A stretch of DNA of 64,000 nt from Gammaproteobacteria bacterium (GCA_021647505.1 JAKIUN010000005.1:33927-97926), one strand, 5' to 3'. Counted from the stretch's first letter, positions 10,182 to 20,215 are shown. Numbers and translations are program-made. The notes: generated from the letters alone by a model not told the origin.

Positions 10182-12647
10182 ATGATATGGACAAGAGGCT
10201 TTTTTCGATCGGCGCACATGCTTAATAGTGTGTTGATCACCCTGCTGTTGTCAGCCTGTAGTACAGGTGATAACGATAAGGAGACACCTGTGGCGTTGCG
10301 TGTCGATGCCGGCGCCGACCAGACCATCGCCCTTCCTGACGGCCTGAGCCTGGATGCCACCGTCACCGAGAACGGCCAGCCTCCACAGGGGGCGATGGGC
10401 TACCGTTGGTTGCAGGTTTCCGGGCCGGGAACCATAGTCTTTGCCGCGCCCGACGCGGAAGACACCACCGCAACCGTGTCCGCAGTCGGCAGCTACCAGG
10501 TAAGCCTCACCGCTGACAATGGCAGCCAGACCGTCAGCGATGTCGTGGAGATCAGCGTCAACCTCAAGGCGGCGGGAGACAGTGGCCTGAGCGCGCGGCC
10601 CGGCAATACGAGTGAATGCGTCGCACCCGCCGCGCCCCCGGTGGCCTCGACGATCCGTCTGGAAGACCCCTATCCATCGTTGCCCGGCCTGTCGTCGCCA
10701 CTGGCCATGTACATGGCGCCGGGTGACAGCCGCGACTGGTATGTGGTGCAGCAGGGGGGACAGATCAAGCGCTTCGCCAATAATCCCTCGGTCAACGCTC
10801 TTTCCACCTTTATCGATATCGATGATGGCAGGTTGTCCAGTGGTGGTGAAAAGGGGTTGCTGGGCATGGCCTTTCATCCCGATTTTGCCACCAATGGTTA
10901 CGTTTATCTCTCTTACACCAACAATGACTCGGGGCTGGTTTCGCGTATCTCGCGCTTTCAGCTCGATGACAGAGGTGAGGCCCTCGACCCGGCGTCCGAG
11001 CAAATCATCCTCAGCGTGACGCAGCCCTTCGACAACCATAATGGCGGACAGATTGCGTTTGGCCCCGATAGTTATCTCTACATCGGCTTCGGTGATGGTG
11101 GTTCAGGTGGCGACCCACGAGGGCACGGGCAGAATACCGACAGCCTGCTCGGTGCCATGCTGCGCATCGATGTGGGGGATGGCTCCTCTGGCGGTTACAC
11201 CATACCGGCAGACAATCCCTTCGCCAGCGGCGGCGGGGCGACGGAGATTTTCGCCTGGGGCCTGCGTAACCCCTGGCGCTGGAGTTTCGACCGTGCCACC
11301 GGTGACCTCTGGGTGGGTGATGTGGGGCAGGGGGCCTACGAAGAGATCGACATCGTCACCAAGGGCAACAATTATGGTTGGAATACCATGGAAGGCATGC
11401 ACTGCTATAACGCCAGCAGTTGCGACCAGACCGGCCTGACCCTGCCGGTGGCCGAGTACGACCACTCCGTCGGCAAATCCATAACCGGTGGCTACCTCTA
11501 TCGGGGCAATGCGATCGGTTTTCTGCAGGGGCAATACCTCTATGGCGATTTTGTCTCCGGGCGGATCTGGGGTTTGCAGGAGACGGCTCCCGGTCAGTAC
11601 AACAGCACGGAGTTGCTTGATAGCAGCCTGAATATCGCCTCATTCGCCGAAGACCATGCGGGCGAACTCTATGTGATTAACCTGGGTGGGAGCATCCGCA
11701 AGATTGTTGACGATAGCGGCGGGCAAGCGGGGCAGATTCCTTCAGAGCTTTCCGGCTGGGGCTGTTTTCAGTCGGATGATACCAGTGTCTTTTCCGGCAG
11801 CGTCATCCCCTACGACATCAATGCCTTGCTCTGGAGCGACCAGGCAGACAAGGGCCGTTTCATGGCGATCCCGGACGGCACGACGATTGCCGTGGATGCC
11901 GAAGGCCGCTTCGACTTTCCCGTGGGCAGCGTGGTGGGCAAGCACTTTTGGCTGAATAATCAGATCATCGAGACCCGCCTGCTGCTGCATCACGAGCAGC
12001 CCTACGGCTGGCGGGGCTACAGCTACGAGTGGAATGGCCAGGGGAGCGACGCCAGCCTGCTCAGCGGCGCCAAGGACAAGGTATTTGGTGGGCTGACCTG
12101 GCACTATCCCAGCCCGGCGGAGTGCGACAGCTGTCATACAGCGGTGGTCGGCATCACCATCGGGCTGGAGGTCGGCCAGCTTAACCGCACCTACCAATAC
12201 CCCTCGACAGGCCTGGACGCCAACCAGCTGATCACCCTGGAGAGTATCGGTGTTATGTCGAGCGATTTCAGCGAGCAGCAGAAGTCCACCGCCTTCTACG
12301 CCATCGATGATACGGCCTACTCGGCGGAGCGGCGGGCACGCAGTTATCTACACGCCAATTGCGCTGGTTGTCACCAGCCTGGCGGCACCAGTGGTCGGGC
12401 CATGGATCTACGCATGGACACGACCCTGGATGAGATGCAGGTCTGCAACGAGGCGCCCATGGGCAGTTCCATGGGCATGAGCAATACCGTGATCGTTGCC
12501 CCCAGTGACCCCGATAATTCCATCCTGGTGCGCCGCATGGAGGATCTGGGGCAGCATCGCATGCCACCCCTGGGTACGGTGGCAGTGGATACCCAGGCCA
12601 TGACGGTGATCAGGAGCTGGATCAATGGTCTGGCGGGATGTTCCTAG
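10182..12647 (+). CDS. PQQ-dependent sugar dehydrogenase (soluble GDH/sorbosone dehydrogenase beta-propeller) fused to a C-terminal di-heme cytochrome c domain; lipoprotein with an N-terminal Ig/PKD-like domain
   Basis: Lipobox LLLSAC. HNGGQIAFGPDSYLYIGFGDGGSGGDP and WGLRNPWRWSFD motifs. Two CXXCH sites (CDSCH, CAGCH). GGAGG lies 9 nt upstream of the ATG at 10182. Confidence 0.75.
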   Translation: MIWTRGFFRSAHMLNSVLITLLLSACSTGDNDKETPVALRVDAGADQTIALPDGLSLDATVTENGQPPQGAMGYRWLQVSGPGTIVFAAPDAEDTTATVSAVGSYQVSLTADNGSQTVSDVVEISVNLKAAGDSGLSARPGNTSECVAPAAPPVASTIRLEDPYPSLPGLSSPLAMYMAPGDSRDWYVVQQGGQIKRFANNPSVNALSTFIDIDDGRLSSGGEKGLLGMAFHPDFATNGYVYLSYTNNDSGLVSRISRFQLDDRGEALDPASEQIILSVTQPFDNHNGGQIAFGPDSYLYIGFGDGGSGGDPRGHGQNTDSLLGAMLRIDVGDGSSGGYTIPADNPFASGGGATEIFAWGLRNPWRWSFDRATGDLWVGDVGQGAYEEIDIVTKGNNYGWNTMEGMHCYNASSCDQTGLTLPVAEYDHSVGKSITGGYLYRGNAIGFLQGQYLYGDFVSGRIWGLQETAPGQYNSTELLDSSLNIASFAEDHAGELYVINLGGSIRKIVDDSGGQAGQIPSELSGWGCFQSDDTSVFSGSVIPYDINALLWSDQADKGRFMAIPDGTTIAVDAEGRFDFPVGSVVGKHFWLNNQIIETRLLLHHEQPYGWRGYSYEWNGQGSDASLLSGAKDKVFGGLTWHYPSPAECDSCHTAVVGITIGLEVGQLNRTYQYPSTGLDANQLITLESIGVMSSDFSEQQKSTAFYAIDDTAYSAERRARSYLHANCAGCHQPGGTSGRAMDLRMDTTLDEMQVCNEAPMGSSMGMSNTVIVAPSDPDNSILVRRMEDLGQHRMPPLGTVAVDTQAMTVIRSWINGLAGCS

Positions 12648-12705
12648 TGTGACGCCCCTAGGGGGTACAGAGCAATGTCATTAAGTTAACAAAATCACGA
12701 CTGTT

Positions 12706-12782
12706 TTGTAGGTTGGCGGTGACGGAGGAACCCCAACATTGTTGGCTTTGTTGGGGTTCGCAGGCTCACCACCAACCTACAA
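12706..12782. repeat. nested hairpin (18-bp outer stem ttgtaggttggcggtga / tcaccaccaacctacaa, with an inner stem ccccaaca / tgttgggg)
   Basis: Inverted repeats read directly from the sequence, in the intergenic region between the dehydrogenase gene and msrA. Confidence 0.45.
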
Positions 12783-12859
12783 CAAGCAGGATCTCAGGCT
12801 TAACTTAATGGTATTGGGGCATAGAGTGAATAGTGGCACTGATGACTGAGGTGGGTGAC

Positions 12860-13498
12860 ATGAAGCGGGGTGTCGGACACAGGCCGGAAATGTCTGCGTC
12901 GGGAGAGGTATTGCCGGGCCGGCAGCAGGCCATGACTGTTGCCGCGACACATGCCGTGACTGGGCAACCAATGCAGGGGCCATTTGCGGCGGGCCTTCAG
13001 TTGGCGATGTTTGGCATGGGCTGCTTCTGGGGTGTGGAGCGGCTGTTCTGGCAATGTGACGGGGTGTATTCGACGGCAGTGGGCTACGCAGCAGGGGGTA
13101 CGTCGAATCCCACCTATGAAGAAGTCTGCTCCGGGTTGACCGGGCACAATGAAGTGGTGCGCGTGGTGTTTGATTCGCAGCGTATGAGTTATGCGCAATT
13201 GTTGCGCCTGTTCTGGGAAGGCCATGACCCCACTCAGGGTATGCGGCAGGGCAATGACGTGGGCACGCAGTATCGTTCGGGTATTTATGTCTTCGATGCT
13301 CCGCAGAGATACGCGGCGGAGTCGTCGCGGGAGCAGTATCAAGCCGCCTTGACGGCGGCGGGCCGGGGCGTGATCACGACGGAAATGATAGATGCCCCGG
13401 TGTTCTATTTTGCGGAAGACCATCATCAGCAGTATCTGGCAAAAAATCCGCGTGGCTATTGTGCCTTGGCCGGCTGTGGGGTTCCCTTTCCTGGTTAG
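12860..13498 (+). CDS. msrA: peptide-methionine (S)-S-oxide reductase MsrA
   Basis: [13 protein letters not shown] active-site motif. Collinear with E. coli MsrA. GAGGTGG RBS before the ATG at 12860 (the track ORF starts at 12833). Confidence 0.85.
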   Translation: MKRGVGHRPEMSASGEVLPGRQQAMTVAATHAVTGQPMQGPFAAGLQLAMFGMGCFWGVERLFWQCDGVYSTAVGYAAGGTSNPTYEEVCSGLTGHNEVVRVVFDSQRMSYAQLLRLFWEGHDPTQGMRQGNDVGTQYRSGIYVFDAPQRYAAESSREQYQAALTAAGRGVITTEMIDAPVFYFAEDHHQQYLAKNPRGYCALAGCGVPFPG

Positions 13499-13507
13499 GA
13501 GATATTT

Positions 13508-14053
13508 GTGACGACCGCTGAAGAGATTGTAGCGTTCTGGTTTTCTGCACGTGTACAGCCGTTGTGGTTTCAGTCTACAGCAGAATTCGATGCTGAATTA
13601 ACGGCGCATTTTTTGCCGGTCTGGCAGGCGGCCCATGAAGGGGCGTTGTCGGATTGGGAAGAGACCGCCGAGGGTGCGCTGGCGCTGGTGATCTGCATGG
13701 ATCAGTTTCCGTTGAATATATTTCGCGGCCGTGCGGAGAGCTTTTCCTCGGAGACGGCTTCACGCGAGGTGGCCGGGCGAGCCATTGGACGGGGTTTTGA
13801 TCAATCCCTCAATGATCCGCAAAAGGCCTTTTTGTATATGCCCTTCATGCACAGTGAGAGCTTGGCGGATCAGGATCGCAGCGTGGTGCTGTTCCGGGCT
13901 GTGGGTCTGAACGAGAATTTGCAGTTTGCCGAACATCATCGTGAAATCATTCGTCGCTTTGGGCGCTTCCCCCACCGTAATGCCATTCTCGGCCGCGAGG
14001 ACACGCCGCAGGAACGGGCGTACCTCTCCTCTGCCGAGGCCTATCGAGGTTGA
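13508..14053 (+). CDS. DUF924 family protein
   Basis: Matches the DUF924 signature pattern (FWF, LVICMDQFPLNIFRG, LYMPFMHSESL, RRFGRFPHRNAILGREDTPQE). GTG start with AGGAGA RBS. Confidence 0.7.
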   Translation: MTTAEEIVAFWFSARVQPLWFQSTAEFDAELTAHFLPVWQAAHEGALSDWEETAEGALALVICMDQFPLNIFRGRAESFSSETASREVAGRAIGRGFDQSLNDPQKAFLYMPFMHSESLADQDRSVVLFRAVGLNENLQFAEHHREIIRRFGRFPHRNAILGREDTPQERAYLSSAEAYRG

Positions 14054-14055
14054 CG

Positions 14056-14139
14056 CCATGAGGGATGACTCGAAACTCGATTTGACGCATTTTCGCCATT
14101 TGTTATTACAGCGTGGGGCAAAGAAACGTAGCCTGGGTT
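14056..14139 (+). pseudogene. 27-codon duplicate of the 5' end of the downstream DksA/TraR-family gene (MRDDSKLDLTHFRHLLLQRGAKKRSLG), ending in a long palindrome
   Basis: Nucleotide and amino-acid similarity to 14219-14300 (MKDDMNPDLTYFRQLLLQRRAKLQG). Confidence 0.45.
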
Positions 14140-14207
14140 GAGCTTGCGAAACCCGGGGGAGGCGGTACGATAAACCCCCCGGGTTTCGCAAGCTCAACCC
14201 AGGCTAC
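14131..14207. repeat. perfect about 30-bp-stem palindrome (agcctgggttgagcttgcgaaacccggggg ... loop ... cccccgggtttcgcaagctcaacccaggct)
   Basis: Read directly from the sequence. A perfect inverted repeat with a 15-nt loop, lying between the 5' duplicate and the full dksA-like gene. Confidence 0.75.
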
Positions 14208-14218
14208 TTGCTGACGCC

Positions 14219-14581
14219 GTGAAGGACGACATGAATCCTGACCTGACATATTTTCGCCAGTTGTTACTACAGCGGCGGGCAAAGCTGCAAGGAATGGCGG
14301 AAACGGGGGCGGCGGCTGCCCGCACGGTGGAGCTGGATCAGACGCGGGTCGGCAGGTTATCGCGCATGGATGCCTTGCAGGGGCAGGCCATGTCGCAGGA
14401 GGCCATTCGGCGGCGGAGATTGGAATTGCAGCGCATTAGCGAGGCATTGGCTGCTATCGATGCGGATGAATACGGCTATTGCCAAGTGTGTGATGCGCCC
14501 ATCGTCCAGGCGCGACTGAACATTGATCCGACAACCCGCTTGTGTATAGCATGTGCGGAGCAGAGTGAACAGAATGGATAG
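14219..14581 (+). CDS. DksA/TraR family C4-type zinc-finger protein
   Basis: C-terminal CQVCDAPI...CIAC zinc finger, 120 aa, coiled-coil N-terminus. Confidence 0.8.
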   Translation: MKDDMNPDLTYFRQLLLQRRAKLQGMAETGAAAARTVELDQTRVGRLSRMDALQGQAMSQEAIRRRRLELQRISEALAAIDADEYGYCQVCDAPIVQARLNIDPTTRLCIACAEQSEQNG

Positions 14582-14602
14582 TCTATACATTGAGGATATG
14601 AC

Positions 14603-14929
14603 GTGATTGAAAATCTGAAAAATTTCGATGAGGAAGTTCCCAAGTGGGATATTGCCCTTGCGGCGCTGGCCCGGGAGGAGTTTGACAAGGGTGGCCGTAA
14701 CCTGAGCCTGGAAGATTTCAAACGCCAGGCCGCAGAGCATGCGATCCGTTTTGACGACATCATGGTGACCCTGTTCGAATTGTGCATTCAGGGGGAGTGG
14801 CAGTATCAGGATGCCGACAGCAATGATCGTGCCATCACGCGTGAAGAGGTGGACAATCTCTATATCGGCGGCCGTCTGGCGGATAAGGACGTGGCAGGCT
14901 ATACCGGTTCCTGGTATCCACTGAAGTAG
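14603..14929 (+). CDS. hypothetical protein (108 aa)
   Basis: ORF with GAGGA RBS 6 nt before a GTG start. No recognisable domain. Confidence 0.45.
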   Translation: MIENLKNFDEEVPKWDIALAALAREEFDKGGRNLSLEDFKRQAAEHAIRFDDIMVTLFELCIQGEWQYQDADSNDRAITREEVDNLYIGGRLADKDVAGYTGSWYPLK

Positions 14930-15028
14930 GCCACGCTGTTTGGTTTTTAGATGAATTTGTTGATTAGCAGACACTTAGATTCACCTCGACGCAGTCAACT
15001 GATTAATCTGGGATTATAGGATTTTCCG

Positions 15029-15532
15029 ATGAAACGATTCTTGACGTTGGCCTTCGTTGTGGCCGGTCTGACCTCAACGCTGCTGGCGGCCGGGCCCTTT
15101 GCGCCAAAGGCGGCGATCCCGGCCGGTATGGAGGAGAGCCATCTGGGCGAGGGTATTCGCCTGGCGGCGATTCCCGATACTGATCAGGTCGCTATCCCGG
15201 TCTATCCCGGGGCCGTGGTGATTCGCAGTTACGCCGTTGCGGAACGGCCGGCAGGGTACGCGGGTCTGCCGGTCGTGGAGCTGATCAGCGTGGCCGATCA
15301 TGATACCGTCGTGGCTTTTTACAAAAAGAGCCTACCGGACTGGGGCGAGGCGGAGCTGATGTCGGCGTATTACTTTGCCGAGCACGGCAACATCAACTTC
15401 TTTACGCCGGAAGAAGCGCATGTGGGCATCCACCGTATGGCGAGCTACTTCCGTGAGGCGGAGCGTGAAATGCTGCAACGAGTGCTGCCGGGGGCCAAGA
15501 CACTGATCAAGGTTTTTTATCCATACAAATAA
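15029..15532 (+). CDS. hypothetical secreted protein (167 aa)
   Basis: N-terminal signal peptide MKRFLTLAFVVAGLTSTLLAAGPFA. High-GC codon usage. Confidence 0.55.
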   Translation: MKRFLTLAFVVAGLTSTLLAAGPFAPKAAIPAGMEESHLGEGIRLAAIPDTDQVAIPVYPGAVVIRSYAVAERPAGYAGLPVVELISVADHDTVVAFYKKSLPDWGEAELMSAYYFAEHGNINFFTPEEAHVGIHRMASYFREAEREMLQRVLPGAKTLIKVFYPYK

Positions 15533-15552
15533 CAATGTTTTTTTCGGCAACA

Positions 15553-15592
15553 AAAGGCCCCGGCTGTGGCAATAAGCCGGGCCTTTTGTTGT
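15553..15592. terminator. bidirectional rho-independent terminator (aaaaggccccggct...agccgggccttttgtt)
   Basis: GC stem with T-runs on both sides, placed between convergent genes. Confidence 0.5.
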
Positions 15593-15604
15593 ATCGGATG
15601 AAGG

Positions 15605-16150
15605 CTACTGACCGCCCTGGGTCTCATCGATGGGTGCTTCGGGCGGAAGCTTATCGGTGACAGGTGGAGTATCCTGCTGAGTAATGGGCGTCGCATCCTG
15701 TGAGGCATCAAAATATTCAAACATACTGGCCTTCAGCGGCCAACCGGATTCATCCAGTACCACCACGGTCCACTTGCCGATCCATTCGGGCAGCAGGTTT
15801 TTGCTGGAATAGACGCGCCAGCGCGTCCCACTGCCGACACGGAATTTCACCTCGGCCATCACCTGGCCATCGTATTCCCAGCGATGGGTGATGATTTCAC
15901 CATCCATCCCACGCAGGTCGGAGAAAAAATAGATGCGGTCTGCTGAGCTGGGTATGCGCACCAGATTGTCGATGGGCTCACGATCCTCGATACGGCTGGT
16001 GAAGACCGCGCGCGCGACGCTGCCGCGTGGCGTGTAGGTTTCGGCGCCAGTGGCGGTTTCTTTGGCGCCAGCCGTCACCGGGGCGATGAAAATCAATACC
16101 GTCAGCAGTGCCAGTGTCCGTGTGCCGATTCGCTGCAAATGACGTTTCAT
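15605..16150 (-). CDS. secreted protein, possibly DUF2914-like
   Basis: Start set at ATG 16150 (MKRHLQRIGTRTLALLTVLIFIAPVTAGA signal peptide) with GAAGGA RBS. The track ORF extends to 16228. The DUF2914 assignment is from memory of the domain and is not verified. Confidence 0.55.
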   Translation of the reverse strand: MKRHLQRIGTRTLALLTVLIFIAPVTAGAKETATGAETYTPRGSVARAVFTSRIEDREPIDNLVRIPSSADRIYFFSDLRGMDGEIITHRWEYDGQVMAEVKFRVGSGTRWRVYSSKNLLPEWIGKWTVVVLDESGWPLKASMFEYFDASQDATPITQQDTPPVTDKLPPEAPIDETQGGQ

Positions 16151-16297
16151 GATTGTCGTTCCTTCTGTGTTAATGGTGGGCTCGTTCGCTATGTCGGGCA
16201 GGTTGTCAAAGACAGAATATACCAACATCCCTGCCTATATCTCTCGACAACTCTCCAGATTGCTCATGGTAGCGTATTTGCCGTTATCCCGGCAGTG

Positions 16298-18235
16298 TCA
16301 ATCCTCCAGATAGGTGTAACCGCTCAGTCCGGCCTCCAACTCGGCCAGATAGGCTGCCTGTGTCTGGGCGGGCAGAGTGGTCGCGGCCAGTTGTGCACGG
16401 TAGCTGTCCAGCAACCAGGCCGGTTCAAAGTGCACATGCCGCAGCACCGCCGCGACCGTATCGCCGTGCTGGATGTGCGCCAGTTGATGACGGCCATCGG
16501 CGTCGAGATGCACGTCCACGGCGTTGGTGTCACCGAACAGGTTGTGCATGTCACCGAGGATTTCCTGATAGGCGCCGAGCAGGAAGATACCCAGCCAATA
16601 GGGCTCGCCATCACGGGGTGCATGCAGGGGCAGGCTGCTCTCCAGGCCTTCGCCGTCCACGTAGCGGTCGATACGGCCATCGGAATCGCAGGTAATGTCT
16701 TGCAAGGTGCCGCGCCGGTCGGGCGTCTCGTCGTGGCGGTGCAGGGGCACGATGGGGAACACCTGCTCGATGGCCCACACGTCCGGCATCGACTGGAACA
16801 GGGAGAAGTTGCAGAAATATTTGTCGGCCAGTTTTTCGTTCAGTTCGTCGAGGATTTCGTGCTGGGCGCGTATGCCGGGGTTGAGGCGTTGGCGCAGGCG
16901 CGCACAGGTGGCGAAATAGAGAGTCTCGGCACGCGCCTTGGCGGCCATATCCAGCACGCCGTGCACGTACAGGGTCTGCGCCTCGGCCAGCCAGTGTATG
17001 GCATCGTGGTAGACCTCCACCACCGCGCGCGAGTCGCTGCTGGGCGTGTCGAGTGCCCGCAGGCCCTGCCACAGGTCGCGTAGGATCTGCGGTTCGTCGG
17101 TTGCGGGCGGGGCGATGGGCGTGTCGCTGACGGCCTGCTCCACGTCCGTGACCTCGGTGATCAGCATGGCATGATGGGCGGTGAGGGCGCGGCCGGATTC
17201 GGTGATGATGTGTGGTTGAGGCAGGCCCTTGGCGCAGCAGACCTCCCATAAGGTGTGTACCACGTTGTTGGCGTATTCCTGCAGGCTGTAATTCATCGAG
17301 CAATTGCTGCGTGAGCGGGTGCCTTCGTAGTCCACGCCCAGGCCGCCGCCCACGTCCACGCTGCGGATGTTGACCCCCAGTCGGTGCAGCTCAGCGTAAT
17401 AACGCGCGCATTCGCGCAGGCCCTGCTGGATGTCGCGGATGTTGGCCAGCTGCGAGCCCATGTGGCAGTGCAGCAGCACTAGCGCGTCGAGCAGGTCGGC
17501 CTCACGCAGTTGCGCCACGGCGACCAGTACTTGTTGCGCGGAGAGGCCGAACTTGGCCTTCTCACCGCCGCTGTTCTGCCAGTTGCCGTGACCGATGGAG
17601 GTCAACCGCACGCGCACGCCGAGGCGCGGTGTCACGCCCAGGGTGCGTGACTCGCGGATGATGAGCGCGAGTTCCGAGGGTTGCTCCAGCACCAGGGTGA
17701 TGTGATGCCCCAGCCGTTGTCCGATCAGCGCCAGGCGGATGTATTCGCGATCCTTGTAGCCATTGCAGATGATACGCCCGCTGCGGACATTGGACAGTGC
17801 CAGCACCGCCATCAGCTCCGGCTTGCTGCCGGCCTCAAGGCCGACACGGATCTGCTCGCCATCGGCCGCATCCAGCAGCTCGCGTACCACGCTCCGCTGC
17901 TGATTGACCTTGATGGGGTAGACCGCCGTATAGCCGCCATCGTAGTCGTGTGTTCGCATGGCCTCAGTGAAGGCACCGCACAGGCGCGCCATGCGGTCGT
18001 GCAGAATGCCACTGAAACGCACCAACACCGGCAGCGCCAGCCCCGCCTGACGGATTTCCCGGGTCAGGGCGTGCAGGTCGATACCGTGGCCATCGCGCGC
18101 GGGGAAGGCGCTGAGGTGACCGTTGTCGGTAATATCGAAATAGCCGCCGCCCCAGTGGGCGAGGTTGTAGATGTTGCGGGCTTTTTGGATGTTATTCATG
18201 GTAGGGCGCTTTTGCCACAGAGGTACGGAGGACAC
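16298..18235 (-). CDS. speA: biosynthetic arginine decarboxylase SpeA
   Basis: Collinear with E. coli SpeA (YPIKVNQ, GLEAGSKPELMAVLA, C-terminal GYTYLED). The start may instead be the internal ATG at 18199. Confidence 0.85.
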   Translation of the reverse strand: MSSVPLWQKRPTMNNIQKARNIYNLAHWGGGYFDITDNGHLSAFPARDGHGIDLHALTREIRQAGLALPVLVRFSGILHDRMARLCGAFTEAMRTHDYDGGYTAVYPIKVNQQRSVVRELLDAADGEQIRVGLEAGSKPELMAVLALSNVRSGRIICNGYKDREYIRLALIGQRLGHHITLVLEQPSELALIIRESRTLGVTPRLGVRVRLTSIGHGNWQNSGGEKAKFGLSAQQVLVAVAQLREADLLDALVLLHCHMGSQLANIRDIQQGLRECARYYAELHRLGVNIRSVDVGGGLGVDYEGTRSRSNCSMNYSLQEYANNVVHTLWEVCCAKGLPQPHIITESGRALTAHHAMLITEVTDVEQAVSDTPIAPPATDEPQILRDLWQGLRALDTPSSDSRAVVEVYHDAIHWLAEAQTLYVHGVLDMAAKARAETLYFATCARLRQRLNPGIRAQHEILDELNEKLADKYFCNFSLFQSMPDVWAIEQVFPIVPLHRHDETPDRRGTLQDITCDSDGRIDRYVDGEGLESSLPLHAPRDGEPYWLGIFLLGAYQEILGDMHNLFGDTNAVDVHLDADGRHQLAHIQHGDTVAAVLRHVHFEPAWLLDSYRAQLAATTLPAQTQAAYLAELEAGLSGYTYLED

Positions 18236-18452
18236 AGGGAAAGAATTTGCATCACGGGCTGGCTCGGTCGATGTGAAATGAATCTGACTTTATACCGTTT
18301 TCCATCAATTATTTACAATAAAAAAACTCCGTGTCCTCTGTGTCTCTGTGGAAAATCAGAAGACCGTCGCCGTTTTTCCTTGTAGGTTTGCAACGCTGGA
18401 TGAAACGCGGATAATTACCCGCCACTTTCCCCGTCAGACAGAGGATCCCCCT

Positions 18453-19307
18453 GTGAGCACACTCGATGCCAACTGGTTCACTGAAATTCACCAGGATGCC
18501 GGCTCGGCCTTTTCCCTGCGTATCCGCAGGAAGCTGGCCGACGAACAGACGCCCTACCAGCACATCGAGGTGTTCGAGACCACTGACTTCGGCAACTTCA
18601 TGGTCATCGATGGCTGCACCATGGTGTCGGCGCGGGAGAACTTCATTTATCACGAAATGATGACCCACCCAGTGCTTTACACTCACGCCGCGCCGAGGAA
18701 TGTCGTCATCATCGGTGGCGGTGACTGCGGTACCCTGCGCGAGGTGTTGCGCCATCCCGAGGTGGAATCCGTCGTGCAGGTGGAGATCGACGAACGCGTT
18801 ACGCGCCTTGCCGAGCAGTATTTTCCCGAGCTGTGCGAACTCAATGATGACCCACGTGCCACGCTGATCTTTGGTGACGGTATCCAGTGGGTGAAGGACG
18901 CCGCAGGGGAAAGTCTCGACGTGGTCATCATCGACAGCACCGATCCCATTGGCCCCGCCGAGGGCCTGTTCTCACGCTCCTTCTACGAAGACTGCCTGCG
19001 TGTCCTGCGTCCCGGCGGGATGATCGTACAGCAGAGCGAATCGCCGCTGTTGCACCTGCACATCCTGCGTGACATGCATAGCGCCATGTGTGGGGCCGGC
19101 TATGCGGACGTCAAGACCCTGCAATTTCCGCAGATGATTTATCCTTCCGGCTGGTGGTCCGCCACCATCGCGCGCAAGGGTGAAAAGATAGAGGGCCTGC
19201 GGGAGGCCGACGTGGCCGCAAAGCCCTTCGAGACGAAATACTACACTGCCGAGATTCATTGGGCGGCATTTGTCTTGCCGATGTTTTTGCGGCAGGTGGT
19301 GGTTTAA
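18453..19307 (+). CDS. speE: polyamine aminopropyltransferase (spermidine synthase) SpeE
   Basis: PYQHIEVFET, VIDG, IIGGGDCG motifs. The GTG at 18453 after AGAGGA gives 284 aa. The track ORF starts at 18348. Confidence 0.85.
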   Translation: MSTLDANWFTEIHQDAGSAFSLRIRRKLADEQTPYQHIEVFETTDFGNFMVIDGCTMVSARENFIYHEMMTHPVLYTHAAPRNVVIIGGGDCGTLREVLRHPEVESVVQVEIDERVTRLAEQYFPELCELNDDPRATLIFGDGIQWVKDAAGESLDVVIIDSTDPIGPAEGLFSRSFYEDCLRVLRPGGMIVQQSESPLLHLHILRDMHSAMCGAGYADVKTLQFPQMIYPSGWWSATIARKGEKIEGLREADVAAKPFETKYYTAEIHWAAFVLPMFLRQVVV

Positions 19308-19469
19308 TTCCCCGCAGCTTGCTGCGGGGTAGTGTTACCCGGCACTTCCCGCTCATCACTTTTCGACAGGGAAATTCACACCGCCCGATTTGTCGAAAAA
19401 CTTTACATAAACAACTTTTTGAAATCCTCAATATTTATATATTACTGATTTACAAAGAAATAATTTTCA

Positions 19470-19485
19470 TGGCATAAGCTGTGCT
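19470..19485 (+). promoter_or_regulatory. sigma54-type -24/-12 element candidate (TGGCAT-N5-GTGCT) upstream of PEP-CTERM gene A
   Basis: Correct GG-N10-GC spacing. A conserved counterpart (GGCATAAATAATGCT) lies at 21193-21208 upstream of paralog B. Confidence 0.35.
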
Positions 19486-19537
19486 TAACCTGTTTCTCTT
19501 AACTTTAATTTTAATTTCTCATAACAAGGAGGTGATC

Positions 19538-20215
19538 GTGAATATCACTATGAAAGAGGTTTTCATTTTTTCAGTACTCAGCACGGCCAGTGTTTCTGCC
19601 CAAGCAGCTATCATAAACTTTGCAGACATGGCAAATGGCGCCTGGGGAGAAAGTGCGTGGACTAGCCTGGCTTTGCCGGGAGGTCTGGGATCGGTTACGG
19701 CTAGCTTCAATGGCGGTACTACCTATGCATATCTTGACAGGAATACGGGAGGCTTAGGCGCATGCCGGAACCTGAACGCTGCGGGTGATGCCAGTGTCAA
19801 TACAATGACTGGTAGTAGCGCCAACCTCTGTAACCCCAGTGATGATGACAATATGACGCTTGGCGAGACCTTGCATTTCGTCTTCAATGTCGATGTCATT
19901 ATCGAGACCATCTGGTTCAACAACTTCCATAATGGCGACAGGAGCCTGTTGAATGACAGCATTGATATTGATGGAGCCGCCTATACGTTCACAAATGGTG
20001 AGGCATATGTAGAATCATTTACAACAACGCCTTACCTCGTATCTGCCGGGACGATTTTCGATATCGGCTATAACAATGAGCTGTTCTACGTTCAATCCAT
20101 GGACGTTTCTTCGGTAGTCGTTCCGGAACCTGCCTCACTCGCGTTAATGGGCATGGGCCTCGTTGGACTTGGATTTGTTGCTAGACATCGCCGCCGCACA
20201 CAAAGTAAGTCGTAA
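19538..20215 (+). CDS. PEP-CTERM sorting-domain secreted protein (paralog A)
   Basis: Signal peptide, C-terminal VPEPASLALMGMGLVGLGFVARHRRR motif. Start GTG at 19538 (MNITMKE...), matching the ATG start of paralog B. AAGGAGG RBS. Confidence 0.8.
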   Translation: MNITMKEVFIFSVLSTASVSAQAAIINFADMANGAWGESAWTSLALPGGLGSVTASFNGGTTYAYLDRNTGGLGACRNLNAAGDASVNTMTGSSANLCNPSDDDNMTLGETLHFVFNVDVIIETIWFNNFHNGDRSLLNDSIDIDGAAYTFTNGEAYVESFTTTPYLVSAGTIFDIGYNNELFYVQSMDVSSVVVPEPASLALMGMGLVGLGFVARHRRRTQSKS

